Shown: positions 1 to 15,400, counted from the stretch's first letter. The stretch is DNA of 64,000 nt from Carcharhinus amblyrhynchos (GCA_965287045.1 OZ336885.1:61256001-61320000); one strand, 5' to 3'. Notes: generated by a model not told the origin, from the sequence alone. Program-made: numbers and translations.

Positions 1-396
1 CATAAAACGTGCGTAGGGAGAATGTATCTTATTTTGAAATGGACAAACAGTCCCAGTGTTTCACTAAGAACCCCGCGACAGAATACACAACTCCCTTTTT
101 AATATACACTCGAGTTAAAAGATCATTTTTTCATCATTGTTCTTCTTTCCATCGAGAGTACCAAAATAAGATTGCCACAACAGAATCATATTTCTTGTGA
201 ATGATTTTAGTGGATAATAAGCACTTACAGAAATTAGCAGCTTTGGAATTTTATGTACATAAAGATAAATTTCATTCTGCACAGCCAAAATGAGCTGAAA
301 TAATATTGTTGCATAATGCGTGAAAATTGAGCATGCGTTTCAAAAACCACAGTATTTGCAAGTATGAGATAAACAGACGTCGGTTCCGTCTCTTGC

Positions 397-423
397 CTTT
401 ATCTTTCATTGTGAATATGCTCT
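397..423 (-). CDS. Micro-exon, 27 nt with GC donor (ESIFTMKDK)
   Basis: attttaattattttag|AGAGCATATTCACAATGAAAGATAAAG|gcaaga; typical AAG|GCAAG context of GC-AG introns; continues the alternation. Confidence 0.7.
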
Positions 424-3400
424 CTAAAATAATTAAAATACGCATATATTATCAACAATGTACAACACAAATGGTCTGATTTTTGTATTTGGGATTCTCG
501 CTCTTTTTTTCCATCATCATCATTTAATTGAGAAACTTCAGAATGTAATGACACTGTCTGTGCATTAATCAATCTATCGTCCAGCGTCAGCAGGTTTACT
601 TCACCCGAATATATCATCATTAAGTAAAACAAAAAAAAAATTAAAGCGGATCATCTGGATGAACATGGAGTCAAAGCTGGGGATTTATTTTTAGACGTGC
701 AGCAAACTGAACATGCTTTTCCATAGCTGTCGGATTAAAAGACGGTTAATAGTGTCCTTGCTGTCGACGTTTCGTCTATCAGTTAATCATTAAGACATTC
801 GTTCTGTTGACAGAAGCCCCTGTAATGAATTAGTACAGATTAAAGCAACTGGATAAAAAAAAGAGGATGCGGAAGGGAGATTTCACAAGTCCAATAATAA
901 TAATTAAAAAATGATTTGGAATATTCTGTTTTGCATTCCAACGATTAAAATGCAACCACAATAATGAAGAGCTAGGTAAGCATCTGAAAAATGTTTCATA
1001 AAATAAGTATAAATTAAAGTGACCACACGATGTTCAAATTGCTATCCTATCCATGGGATGATTCGATGTTGCATGTTTTATAGTACAATGACAATCGTAC
1101 TAATCCATCTTTGATCTCTGAGAGAATGTATTCGTGCATATATTAATTGCGCTTAGGCTTCTGAAGAAAATTGCTATGTTTGCCGTTACGGATTGCTCAA
1201 ACTTCTTCCCACACGAACAATTTCAATCGAAATTTCAAAATCCCACGACATTTTGAGATAATTTCAAAAACAGTGTTCACTCCTCGAGTGACCCTGAATT
1301 ATTTTTTGATTTCATTTCATAACTGCTTAATATAAATATGTTTGATCTGTTTAGTGCACACGAAAAACATATAAAAAATCTTCTCCACAAGTGTTATGTC
1401 AAGCTGCTTCATCATCACTAACACACTGTGTAGCCTCAAAAACAATACTGTGTTTTTCATATAACGCACAATTATTCATGGCATGGAGAAGCTAAACATG
1501 TTCAATGCTTCACTTTTTTTTCTATTATCGACTTTTCGTTAAATGGATGTAGAAATGATTTGCAAGTTTATTATTTCTTGCCTATACCTCAATGCAATAA
1601 ATCATGGACGTCACACAATTCTCGAAGTGCCTGCAGCCAACATTGTAGATTCGCCCTTGCCATCCTCTTCTCGAAGTACTTCCTGGATGTTGCCTCAAAA
1701 TGAGCCAAATAACTCTGAAATATTTCAAAGTCAGCAACTTGTGTGGCTGAGATGATAATTTGTGAGTAGGCTACCGCCATAACTATTTCCCATTGCTTTC
1801 GTCCAGATATTATATCCAGCATGTTCGGAAAGCTATGTGGCAGGCTTTTGATTTGTGGTCGTAATTCGGATGGAAGCTGCACTGTACCTTAATGCGGGCA
1901 GTAGTGAATTCAGAAATGATCGAGTGGGATACAGACCGAATTCATTCCATTATCCTGCATGGTATCAAGCTTTATTGCGTGCTGTAGGAAATGTAATGAT
2001 TCAGAAAATTTACAGTGTTGTACAATTCGCAATACCCTTGAAATCTGCCTCGCTGATTATGAACACGTTTTGACAAATCAATAGATGATCTCCTAACCCC
2101 GAAATACCAGCCTTCATATGGCTCAATTATATGGCTCAATTATTTCATGTATTTTTTGTTTGGTCATTATTAGATCTGCGCATATTGACGCTAATGTATT
2201 CACCGAAAGAACCGCAGCTGAAAGAACAGGGAGTTTTTGGTGTTCTGTATTATCGGCGATAATTGCAGCTTGCCACTTAGTTCATGCGAATTTTACTTGA
2301 TACCTGCCGGTACAATATTGAATTTTGTTCGTGATGGATTACATGCTAGGAATGTATGTTTCAGTATCTGAGAGTTCCTGTACATTTTGCAATAGAAGTG
2401 AAGACCGCCACTAAGTGAGTGCTCACGGTGGCAACATTGCATCCTCTGAATATGCAATGGCCTAAAGCACAACACTTAGCTGTTTTTGCACTTATGGCAT
2501 GTCAATATTTAAGATTGATTCACATAATCCCCCACAAAATTGGTTACAGTGGAGAGTTTGTCTGTCCAAATCCTATACACTTCAGTTTTGCTGAAATGCT
2601 ATTTATATATGCAGCATCATTCATTGTTTGCATCTGAACACAACCTGCTACTTTTACAAACTAAAGAACTTGACTTTTCCCAGGAGGACAATGAAATACA
2701 AATGATTCATTCATGTACCTTTTTCTTCAAGATTTTTCTTCAATTGCTGGCATTCTAGGGATCAATATCGTAATTATACAGTTCATTATATCATAACGAA
2801 TGCCATTGTTGGATGGAGATTGCGAAATTCTGCCTAATGCATGTTGAAATGATGAAAGTATGGCGCCCGATATTTGAGTGCATAAGTTGAGAAGCAGATA
2901 AATTTAAATGCTGATAATGACTTCTCCCCCGCTGTGACAAGATATTTAACGGTGAACGTATAATCCTGCCTATTTGAAATAATTATGAACGTTTGGGAGT
3001 TGATGTTGCTACCTGGTTATGAGTTCGGTTGAAGGCCAACAGACCCTCTAAAGTTGCTGTGCGAGCATTAAGCTCACAAGCAATTAGGGATCGGCAACGT
3101 ATTCTACCCTTGCAGTAATGCTTATACAAGCCTTCTAACGCATTCAGTATATGTTTATCCTTCTGTCATCTGTGTTCATCTAAATTTGACACGGTAACAC
3201 TCTGCACACTTCTAAACGCTACGTGACCAGACCTTCTAAGTTTTAGCTCACTCCAAATTAAATGAAGTAATATACAGCAGAGTAATAAAGTTGGATGATA
3301 ATACATACTTAATAGTACTTTTCCAGTCAAAGTAAGGGAGAAAGATTTGAACGAATATGTGCTTAAAATATATATAGTCAAATTGACACGTTTATTCGCC

Positions 3401-6400
3401 AAATACATATTGTAGCGTGCAGAACAGTGATGTTATACTGTCATATGCTGAAGCTTGCTTCAAAATTCAGTGTTTATTTGCTGGCTATTTCAAAGAACTA
3501 AATGTTGAAGAGGATGCGTGGCTTGTGAGTCGCTGCTCATTAACATAATATTTCCAATAATAAGCGATTTTACCAACAATGGAGTGTTGGCAATATTGTC
3601 TGCGCTCATTGTGCAATAAAAGCGTTTGGATAAACATTCGATATCCGGAATGTTTGAAAAAGCTAAATTGAAAAAAAAGTGTGTTATGATTTGCAGAATA
3701 CGTATGGAAACTGACACGCACGACCCAATTCGGATCTTCAGAATTCTAGTTTTACAGAACGAACGAAGGACATTGAAAGCAAACTGTCTTTCAGAAACAT
3801 GGTGAAAATGATCAAATATTTCCAAGCTAGCCTTGATTGCACCACGCCTTCTATTCAACATTAAAAGATCAGGTCCGTTTGATCATTGTGGCTGGTCCTC
3901 GAAGAGTCCCAATAGACATAACAGGTCATCCATCGCGCTGTGTATTGCAAGGAAGGTAACTATGAGCATTATGTGACAGTTACTTAAATGCCCTGCAGGC
4001 ATATTCGTGCCATTCAGTAACTTTCTGAGGGACTTTTCAGTTCTGACGATTACACTCACAATAGTCTAAAAACAAAATCCCAAATATTGCATGTGGAATT
4101 TTGACTGATCCCTGTGGAGCATAATTTTATGTTGGTCGCCAAAATGAGTAAATGTAATTCCTTTCGAGATAAAATGCCCTGACGTCAACATGCAACATAT
4201 GTCTCTCGTTGCTCTATGATTCCAATAGCTTGGAGATAATATATTTGCTTATTATACAGTGGTTTATCTTCAGGATTTTGGAAATAATTGTGAGGTTATT
4301 CATGTCGGCAGGAAAAAGATAAATGAAATTTATTACCCGAATGGAAAACAGATTCAAAATGTATCCAGGCAGAAAGATCTCGTTGTACACGTTCATGAAT
4401 CGCAGAAAGTCAATACACAAGTGGAGCACGCAATGTCAAAGACAAATAGGATTTTGTCATATATTGCGAAGGGATTAAATTAAAAGTGTAGAAACGTATT
4501 GCAATGGTGTAGGATGTTATTGCGACCACATCTGGAATGCATGTCCAGTTCTTGTCACTTTATTTGAGGAAGAATGTTTTGGCTTTGGGGGGCTTTCAGA
4601 CGCGGTTCACTAGATTGATTCCGAGGATGACGTATGAGGGGGATTAAACATTTTGCGCTCATGCGCAACACATTTTAGAAGATTGAGAGAAGTTCTGATG
4701 CAGGTGCATGACATGGTAAATGGGATTGGGAAAGTAAATGTAGATCGAATTCTTTGACTCATTGGGTACACGAGATGACAGGTACAGTTTGAGGGGCGGT
4801 AGCTTTAACACAAAGTACAAAGAACAACACAGCACGGGAAACAGGCCCTTCGGCCTGTAGGTGGTGAATTTGATGATCTCGCCGCCCCATTGCGTATGGG
4901 AGTCTGAATTGTTCGATCACTTCAAGAAGGGGATACACATATTTCTGATTAGAACGGACAATAACATATGGGATCATGTGTGTAGGTTGACTTGAGACCA
5001 GAGAATGATGAACGGTAATCTGATTTAATGGTGGAGCAGACTTGAATGGCTGAATTTGCATACTTCTGTTCCTAATTCCATGTTTCTACGTTCAAATTAT
5101 ATAAAGTTCTCCCTTCTTACCACTGTCCGTCTGATACAATTGATTATCTATTGCAAACAAGACATAAAGATAATGATTATAAGAGAATTAAGCTTAACTT
5201 AAAACATCCCAGAAAGAAATGCAGGACATATAGTTGACATATAACTTGGTAGCTAGCAGATCGATATTAAGTCAAAATAGAAATGTGTAATGGAAGGTAA
5301 AGAAAATGCAGGTAAGAGCAAAACAAGTGAAGTAACAAAGGAGGAACGTGGATAAGTGATTTTCTTTTTTTTCAAATGAAATTACGTTAACCATCAATGT
5401 GGAAGCATAGCATCAGGTTTAGTGAGATGGTTAATAACGTAACTCACCCTTGTCTATATAAGCTTTATATTGATACATTGTTGTCTAAATTGTGCAGGTT
5501 AACATGTTCCGGGTCTTCTATGGAAGTGCAAAGCAAGTGAAGCCCGGAAAATAAAACGACATCAGGTCCACAATATCTTCAATGTCTCAACTCATTCCAA
5601 ACGTTCCAAAACTGCGTGAATGCTCTTAATAGACGTAACACACGTTGAACTGTGCAATTCACAGAGCAGTCTATGCCTAGAAAGCACATGTCCACAAGAA
5701 CGGTACGAGTCAGTTGTTAACCATCCAACTGCATCGAAAGCTGATAGAATCCTTTCACACTGACGGTTAGCTTAATTTCTCTGCTGAAAAATTACATGTG
5801 CAAATGACGTTTAGTTTAGATTCCATGCTTTATTTCAGTCTTCATTCATGCAAAATACTTCTGCACAAGACCACACATTAGGGTCAGTTCCAAGAGGCTC
5901 AACCGTCTCTAAACCAGCTAAATCCTCCTGTTCGGCGCAAGAGACAATGCGTGTTAAAAGAATGTTTTTGCTCACTGATTGAGATGTACAGCGCAGAACG
6001 AGGACATTCGGCCCGTTGAGTCTGCACTGACCACAATCCTACAGACCCATGCATTAACCCTAGCTAGTCCCACTGACAGTGCGCAGCAATTCAGCATGGA
6101 CAATCCACCTAACCCTGACATCTTTGGACTTTGGTAGGAAAACAACGCAGGCACGGGAACAACATGCAAAATCCACACAGACAGTGGTCCAAGCCGGGAA
6201 TCGAACCCAAGTTGCCGACTTGTGAGGTAGCAGTACTAACCACTGTGTCACCGTGGAACCGGTTGCAATACATCATGCAAAAATGACGATGTTCATACAC
6301 ACGTCTGACATGTCTGAACTGCAAAATAAAATATTGAAATTGCATTTACCAAACATTAGACAAAAAGGCATTTTTTTAATGCAGGTACTGCGCCTCAAAC

Positions 6401-9400
6401 TCTAGTCAATTGATTGCTCGTGAACATAAAAAAATCAGAGAATAACACTTCCTCTTGAAGTCACTGTGTGTTTTGTATTCTTCACCTACCGAGATCTTTG
6501 ACTTTTCTTTTCAGTTTCTCAACAGCTGTGAATGCAAACGACGGATTACTTGAAATACGACCTAAATTGGTATGTGGACAATAACAGTTGAAAATTTAAT
6601 ACTAATACAGCAATAGTTCATCTGAAACAGTTAATCCCCACAGTCTGGCAAATCACTGGCATCAGAAACATGTTACATGAGAGGCATCAATAATGGCCCC
6701 ACATTGGTAATTGAAATGTCCTGCATTGTCTAGATCATGCTACGTTCGTAATTGATTGCGGGGATGCCAATGAAATGCATTCCATCTCCATGGTACACGT
6801 CGTAGAATACCGTTTTGCCTGCATTGGAAGACCAGTGATAACAAAGTGGTCCCTGAAATAAAATAACACTTGTGAAATTTACTGGATTTAGACATCGGTT
6901 TCACTATCAAATCCGTATTTTGCGATACAACGCAACGATCATTCTTTGCATAAATGCTTCGGGGTGTTTTCATAAGACTAGAGAGTTGTTCTGTATTTTA
7001 TTTTACAAAAACAACTTCTGGGAATAACAGGACCCTAAATGTTGACGCATGCATAATGTCGTCATAGTCCTGTGAAACCACCCCCACCCTGCCCATACCC
7101 CAAACCCCACATAACACTCCCCCAAGTTTCTCTCGGCACGTAATGTTTTTAATGCGCTGATAACAATTCTAGGATGTGCCAAGGAACGGGTTATAAAGTT
7201 AAAGTGGCTAGATCAGTGTACTTAGTACTTGAAAGTAGACCTGGCTAACCAACAGAAACGAAGACGTCAACTGCATTGTTAAGATAAAATTGCCGTATTG
7301 AATCTTAATTACAGCTGCTTGCAGAAGATGGGTCCATATCGAAATCATTATTCGTTGGATTAGATCCATATCTGTAGCATGTCCCGCCTTTGCCTGTCAC
7401 AACTTATCTTGCACAGAAACAGACATCCTCAACTTTCCCTCCGCTGGTCCAGTCCATGCACTTTAGCTCAGACCATTTCGCCCAACCGATGGAATTTTCA
7501 ACTACTAAATTCATTGCTTTTGACGCAGACACATTGGATTAAAGATTGGTGGTGTCAGAGAAAGTAGCCAATCGTTCCATTGCCTCGGTGTTGACCGACC
7601 AATGCATTAATCTACAATTGCTTCACGAGCGTCTTCACATCATATGGTTCGCAATCCACCTTTTCAGTTCCGAATCCAATTTGTCTTAATTAGCTCAATA
7701 GGCCACTCTTCAATGACACTCTGTGACAGTACATTCAGAGTCAGACACAAAAATGTCCCTCAGCTTGTCGTTCGTTCGATTGCCAATTGACTACTATCAA
7801 TGTTTCCTGTACGTGATAACTCTACAAATTTAACTAACCTTTCCCAACAGGCTTTCTGTGTAACTGATGACTTTAAATGGCTGCATTGATTTATCTCTCA
7901 AATTTCACTTTTTCTTAAGGAAAGCTGTCACACATTATTCAGTTTATCCAAATAATTAATGTTTGTATCAAATGGAATCATTCTTCAAAAATGGTGTCTG
8001 AATGACCTTCTAACGTATCCCGATCCTTTCAAGGAGTTGTGCCCTGAGCTGGCGAAAATCCTTCAGTTGAGAACGGACAAGTATTCTATACAGTTTAGCA
8101 TTTTCAATTGTCTGATCTATGCCTTTGCTTTTGCCAGTTTTGTTGTGCAGGCCACATTTTTTTTCGCATGCCTTGACACTTCATGTTTTCTCTGTTCTAC
8201 ACAGAGTTAAATTTGGAGATACACTCACATTCAAAATATCTTCGAAAAAGTGACAAACAATAACGCAATAATATGGAGAATATGAAATAAAAAAGGCAGT
8301 CGCAATTTTGATCCATTTTTGATTTTTGCTAGCCAACAGAGAACAGTGCTTGATTGATATATTGTTTTAAGAAAATCTATGCCTGCCCATTATAAGAATG
8401 TTATTCGGACCTGATATTTCGTCGTATACTTCAACGGCTTATGCACTGGCATATAACGGAGAGAAAAAAATAATCAGGCGCTTAGGCAGGAAAATTTAAA
8501 CAGAACGACATGTGTTCTGGTCAGTGTGAAATTGCACATGACTGAAATTGAATAGCCAAAAGCTAAAAGGACGAAATGCTTAACTGATCTGTGGTAACCC
8601 ATCTGAATCATACTTATTTCCATATAACAAAAGCCCACATGAGTTTGAGTGCTCTATTTCAGGACCCACCGGTATGGAAACAATGTTCTGGCGGCTCGAA
8701 ACCACACTGTCTGAGGCAAACACAGGCCGAGCAAAAGAATAGCAGGCAACACTTTGATTACACCTCTGCATTCTGACACCTGCAGGAGCTTATTCATTTT
8801 ATTCATTGATTCGACAATTGCCTGTGTCTCGACTACATGACTATTCCTTGATACGACCAACTCAATCCTGATTGATTGTCCAGACACCAATAATTATCCG
8901 AGCGCCTCTTAAAAAACAGGATCACCTTCAATTTGACCTGGACACCTCACCGCCTGGATCGTATCTGCATCCCAAGCCTTCCCGATAAGGTGCCAGAATG
9001 TGGCTACTGCGGAAAATCCACAATGAATTAATTACAGTATTAGCATGGGCCGACCTGTAGCACTAGCATATACATAATAAACTTTAAACCAATTGCTCAA
9101 AATCTTAACATCTACCTGCATAAACCAGCCACCTGGTAACACAGCCTTTCTTTCCCTTTCCCGTAAATGACACGCCTGACCAGCTAACTAATACACAGCC
9201 AGACGAAAATTATTACTTGAAAGCTTGAATATTTCCAATTCATCACAATGAGAACCAAAGACCACTCTGACCCCGCTGCAACCCACATAAAACAGGCATT
9301 TTTGTCGAGATTTGTATATGACACTACTGGCGTCTATTGCTGACTAATAAATAATTACACTTAATGTAATTCACGATATGCAAACATGCATTACATCTGA

Positions 9401-12400
9401 TTATCTTTACACACCCGAGAACCCTTTTAGCCCACAGATGCGACATCGCACAACATGATCAGGGTGCTGAGCATGAGATCACATTTCCAACCACCTCACA
9501 AATTTACTCTATAATGCAATACCTTCTTACTTGATCAGGCATGCACTAACCAAAGTCGCATACTTAAGCATGCCATCCGCTCATTTCTCGTGGCCACTCA
9601 TTGAATCACCCACATGCACATTTTGCATTCTGGTATCGTACATACGCAATCTGATGATCAGCTTAGCAAATTCACACATATGTCCGGCCAGCTTAACGGT
9701 ACTTCACTAACAATTACATCTCATGCAGGTAGATGCCAACAACATACAATATGCGTAACTGTATTGTTACCAAATTAATCATTCGGCCACATGTTCATTT
9801 CCGCAAAACTACACATTCCCGTCGCATGCATATAGATAGGACACCCACGCAGCAACTCACATATAATGTTATACCTACCCCTAGCAAACTGCCCACATGT
9901 GAAGTATGCAAAGATGCAAGTACTATCCTTGCAGTCACATAGCCACCATCCCAAATGTTCATTGGCACATGTCAAAATTGTATCCATATTAAAGAAATCG
10001 TAAGTAATCAGCTATTTATAGAAATACCATCTCACTCTTGTTCTCACCACATCCATCTACAGCTACTTAATTAATATATCATTCAATGTCCCATGCACTT
10101 CACCTCGCCAAATCAATAATTGTTCACCCGAACAAACACCTACGCAACTGTGTGCAAAACAAACGAACATATCATGTATTTACTCACTTCATCCCGGCAA
10201 CTCACAACCACATCTACATATGCACTTCACAACCAAACCAACCACACTCATGTGCTGTCCTACGTAAAATTATTCCAAAACACACAGGGGACCATCTAGC
10301 ACATTCAGCAGCTTCAGAAACTCCCCAGCTAACCCACTAATTCAAGTCAATCAAATCATTCCCTCAAAAAAACTCAATTTTTCCGTATCAATTTACTCAT
10401 ATCATTCAACTGCTTCCTCATTAGCAATCATGCACACTCGTATATTCTTAGGTGACAGCCCACTTCGTGGTTTACCCAGTAAACCTTCACCTCTTTACAT
10501 AGTTACCTCTGTTGGTTTTAACTTCGCAACTCACCTACTGCCTCACTATTAACTTAATCAAGCTACCCACTCACATCACGTTGAGGCTCACAAGCTGTAG
10601 CCGATTCGACAAACAGGAAATGATTAACTAATGAAAAACTATTGATTGCCTAACGACACACCCTATTTAAACTAAACTAACTGAATGCTCCACTTGAAAT
10701 AAGACATTAATTCTTCAACACCCACAGTCTTTGTGCTCAGTCATCCTAAAGCAAACAATAAATAATATATTTTATTCCCGGACCACTGTTACTATGTTGG
10801 AGCAAAACCCAAGATATGTTTTGAGGCCAGCTGTTTCAGCCAGCCAAGGGTGATTTCTCTTCAGGAGCAATTTAACGGGAAAAAAAAATTTACATTAACA
10901 ACACAAGGTTTAGCCAAGCACTGTGTTGTTCTAAATCTAACTATGGAAACAACTTAAATCTTCATCACTGAGCAATGCTAATTTTGGAAGAACACCTTTT
11001 AAATTCCAACGTATTGCAATTCAATTGCAATTTAGAAATATTGATCATATAAAACTATGCGACACTTTAAAGATACTTTACAACTTCCGGCATATTTGCT
11101 TGAACATTTGTTAAATACTTTGTAGGTTCCAGAGAATTTTTTTGGAGGACCGGGGAATGTTAGGGGGAGAGAGAGAGAGAAAGATGAAGGGCGGGGCAGG
11201 GAGGGTGTGTGTGTTTGTGCCGGGGGGGGGGGGGGGTGGGGGCTGGGTAGTGGGGGGGGGGGGTACTGTCAGAGCTGATTGGAGGCTAGTATCTTTAAAC
11301 AGCATTTTTTTTCAGCAACTGTATATAAAAAGCTGTTTTATTTCTCAGCTGCAAATCTAGTTCCTCCCACTTCTAAAACCGCACAGCTGCAACACTTTAA
11401 ATACTTTTTTTTCACGTCCCTGTTATGTTAAACAAGAAAACAGTCCAGTGGGCAACTTTTTTGACAATGAAACACTCATTAAGCCTTCTACTGAAAAGGA
11501 AAGTTGCATGGATGCAACGAGTTATTTTTTTCTGATTCCCGTTGTCTGCTGTATTCCAGCCAGCTAAGCTGTCGTTTGCAACGAAACACTGAATGTTCTT
11601 GCACTCCCCTTGAACAAAAAAATATACTAGTGTCACAGTAACATTACAGCATACAAGGTGCTGAATTGCAATTCATCGGCAGTCCTTCGACTTTGCCTCC
11701 AGGAACCTCGACCTCCGCCACAAGCAGAACTGCGGCAGATTCTTGGCAGTTCCAGTACCTATTCAAGCTATGCATCATATTTACATGAGCTTTATTAATG
11801 CTATTTCATTGCTGCTGAGAAAAAAAACAATCTGGACTACTTGATGTGTACTGCAGAGTTCAAGGGCGTGGCTCACCATCACCATTTGAAGGTGAATTAT
11901 GCACGGACATGAAAGGATGGAATAGCCATCAAAGGGCATACCATGGAAGGAATCCATCGGTATAAAACTAAACTTCATTCATCCAACAATTTCAGTGAAT
12001 TATCCAGCGGTTCCATCAACGCATGCTTCCACATTTTTTTCTCGAATACAGATAGAGTCATAAAATTTCACAGCAATTCTACCCAATTTATCCAAACGCC
12101 CAATTTTCACCTAGTCCCAATTTCCCGCATTTGGCACCTATTCCTCTCTATCCTCCTTTTCGTTTTAATTGTCTACATGATTTTTTAAAGATAATGTTTT
12201 ACCGTCTCTATTACTGTCTCGAGCATCTCGTTCCAGACACTCTCCACGCTCTGAAATAAATGAAAAACGCCCCTCGGGACTCTTTTGTATATTTCCCCTT
12301 TCACTTCTAGTTTTACTTTCCCCCATGTTTGGGGGGAAACGAAAGCTGTTTACAATCCACCTCACCTAAGCTCCTCATTACTTTACAGCCGTCTATATAA

Positions 12401-15400
12401 TCACTCCTAAGCCTTCTAAGCTCCATGGGGAAAAACGCAGTCTATCCAACCCCTCATTAAAACTCGAAATCAGTAGATTTCATCATTAGTTCATCCTGTA
12501 ACACATATTCAACCATTGGACTTTTACATTTGCCAGACGTTTGCTTTTTTCAAGAGATATTAGTACTTCATTAGGGCTATACTTGTCTGCCGAAGGTATC
12601 GTCTGAATGTTCCGTATATTGATTTCAATGATGGAGTCGTGAGCAAGATATGAAGAATTGTAAGTCTCGCTTCGGATTTTGCACGACTGAATCTTTAGTG
12701 CAGTCGGTTAACGTGTCACTATATCTGAGCTCCCAACCACAATCTGTCCCTCAAAACAGGACATCTCACTCTCACCGACGCAAAACACATACTCCACAGA
12801 TTAATGCCACAATCGAAAAAGAAGAGAGATACACCTATCGGCACCTCAGGCCCTTCAACTCAGCCTTTGAGCGCACTGTGAAACATCCGGTCAACTGAGG
12901 CTTGAATTGCACAGACTGCCACGTTCTCACACATTTCTAATTAATGGACTGTGCTGTACAGTCAACTGCTCACTGTCAATCATTCACTCACTCACGTACT
13001 TAATCACTCACTCATTCATGCACTCATGAAGGCCCTCGTTAAATTGAATATTGATTTTTTGAACGAATGTGCCCACAACACCTAGTTCATTCCAGCAAGT
13101 TCAAATTCTCATCTATTTTATTCTGCAAATTTTGTTTGCCGTTTGGAATAATTGATAGGCCATTTGTGTTCCACCTCAAAATGCAATTTAGCATTTGAAA
13201 CAGACTATATATTCAGGACTCAGAAAATGCTGGGCGTTTGGCAATGCCGGTTACATTGACATGCGCAGCAGGTCATATTCGACTGTCTTCTTTCAGTTAA
13301 ATAGCGTTGTCAATTTTCACCAAATAAAAGGCGATCAACTGATGCACATAGGCTGAGATCTTCATATAACCTTGTGTGAAAATTGCCACGTGACAAGGAT
13401 ACAGGCAAAGATAGATCAAAAATTGGATAGCTTGATACTGTAGTCCTTTTTTTGCTATATTGCATGTATCTTTTTAAACAGCAGAGGAGAAAGTCATATT
13501 CTGCTTGTCCTGCATTTTGATAAAATATAATTGTACATCAGCCACACTAGAAGACGACACATTTTCATTTTTAAAGGGAACGGAAATTGACTCATAAAAT
13601 AAGCTTAAATTAACACAGTCAATAATTGTTGCACAATAAACTTGACAATAACGCTCACTTACCGCTTTGATAAGTTGTCATCGCAAATTCTAAACAAAAA
13701 CATAAATTTCTTTAACTTTACAAGATGCATTTTTCACTAACTGGCATGCAGACCTGTATCTCTGGATGTAAAGCAGAACATTAATCGTTGTTCGTCACTA
13801 GGCCAACAGCTCACATATTCAGTGGCATTAATATGAGGGCAGCAAAGACGAGTATATCCGAACAATTCGTCGATCAGCAACATTGTCATTTAAATATAGC
13901 TATGTCACGGAAAAAAGCCCTTCTTACTTCTAGTTCAATCGTGTACTGCTTAAACATCGAAAAGGAAGAAAAATAAGTAATGCTCGAGGAAGAGTGAATT
14001 ATAGGAACTGATACCCTCTAAAAATAAGTTACTATTCTATGCTATTTTGTCATACCGGATTTAAACCTGAGAACAAAAAGGGATAGATGTTTCCGTTCGA
14101 ATGAACTTCCACTGTCAATTAATAAGGTGAGCCAATTTTTCACTTTCCTGACATTTCATGCAGTTTTCCTCTGCTGCAGTCATTCAAGAGATGCTATTGC
14201 GTTAAGAAGACATGTTGTGGGAGGGAGTTCAAGCACAATATGAATCACAATACAGCACACCATGGGGCCTGCGTTGTTTGTGCTTTATTTTATATATATG
14301 ATTACATAATGACGTGAATGAAAATGTAAGTAGATCATCGTGACTAATCAGTGTGATTTTCTTCACAGTTTATCACTTACGATTATCTTCCACATCTGTT
14401 TTCAGTTTCTCGATTTCTGTGGACAAAAAAAGAGTCCATGTGACATCTGGTTGCAAGACTAAATGGAGGAAGTGATCGCTGCATGTTAAAAAAAAAGATT
14501 GAAGCCGGTACAATAAAAGTGTGCCGTTTCACGGTCGCGGCACAGTGATGGCAGGGTGGCAGAGTGGCTTGCATCTCTGCCTCACAGCGCCAGGGAACGC
14601 GGTTCAATTTGCGACCTGGATCCCTGTCAGCGCGGGATCTGCACGTTTGTCCCGTGTAACATGCGTTTTCTCCAATTGTTCCAATTGCCTTCCAGTCCGA
14701 AAGATGCGCGGTTTCAGTGAAGTCTGCAAACTAATTTTTATTGCGTTTGTAAGAACAGACGTTGGAGGTGACGACTGGCGGACGTTCGGAATAACTTAAT
14801 TGTATTGTTAATGCCATGTTCATAATGAAACCTTTGTAAAGAAACTTAAAAATAAAACACAATGACGCTGCCTGAGTTGTTCAATTCGCATCATTGTAGA
14901 TCATGACGAAAATTTGAATAAGTGCAATTTATAGTTTTGAATTAGCGAAAACAACAACTGGCACACGGTTCGAGACGTATCTTTCGAAGATGAACATGCA
15001 AATGGAGGTTTTTTCAATGTCTTTGTTTACATTATCATAAAAGGTGGTAGAATTTGTGTCTGTGGAATACTATCCCGAAGAATGCTTGGCGGATTGCGGC
15101 AATGCGCCTTTTTTATTGGAGTGGAAGAACAAACTGTACATGGTTGTTTTGAGGACAGTATGCTTAACCTGGTGGTTGAGCTCAGGGGCAAGTTTCTTGC
15201 TTTGCACAAACTGGTTTCAAGAACATTGTGCTTTCCTGAACATGCCCTTATTATTTACTCTTTGTGCGAATGGTGGACAGCATTTGTCAAATTAGGAACA
15301 GAATAACTACACGCAGAAGTTTAGGAGCCGATCCTTTCACTTCAGACAGTTTGGTCTATTTATGTTGCAAATCCAAGAATGCTCATGGTGATGACTCGAT

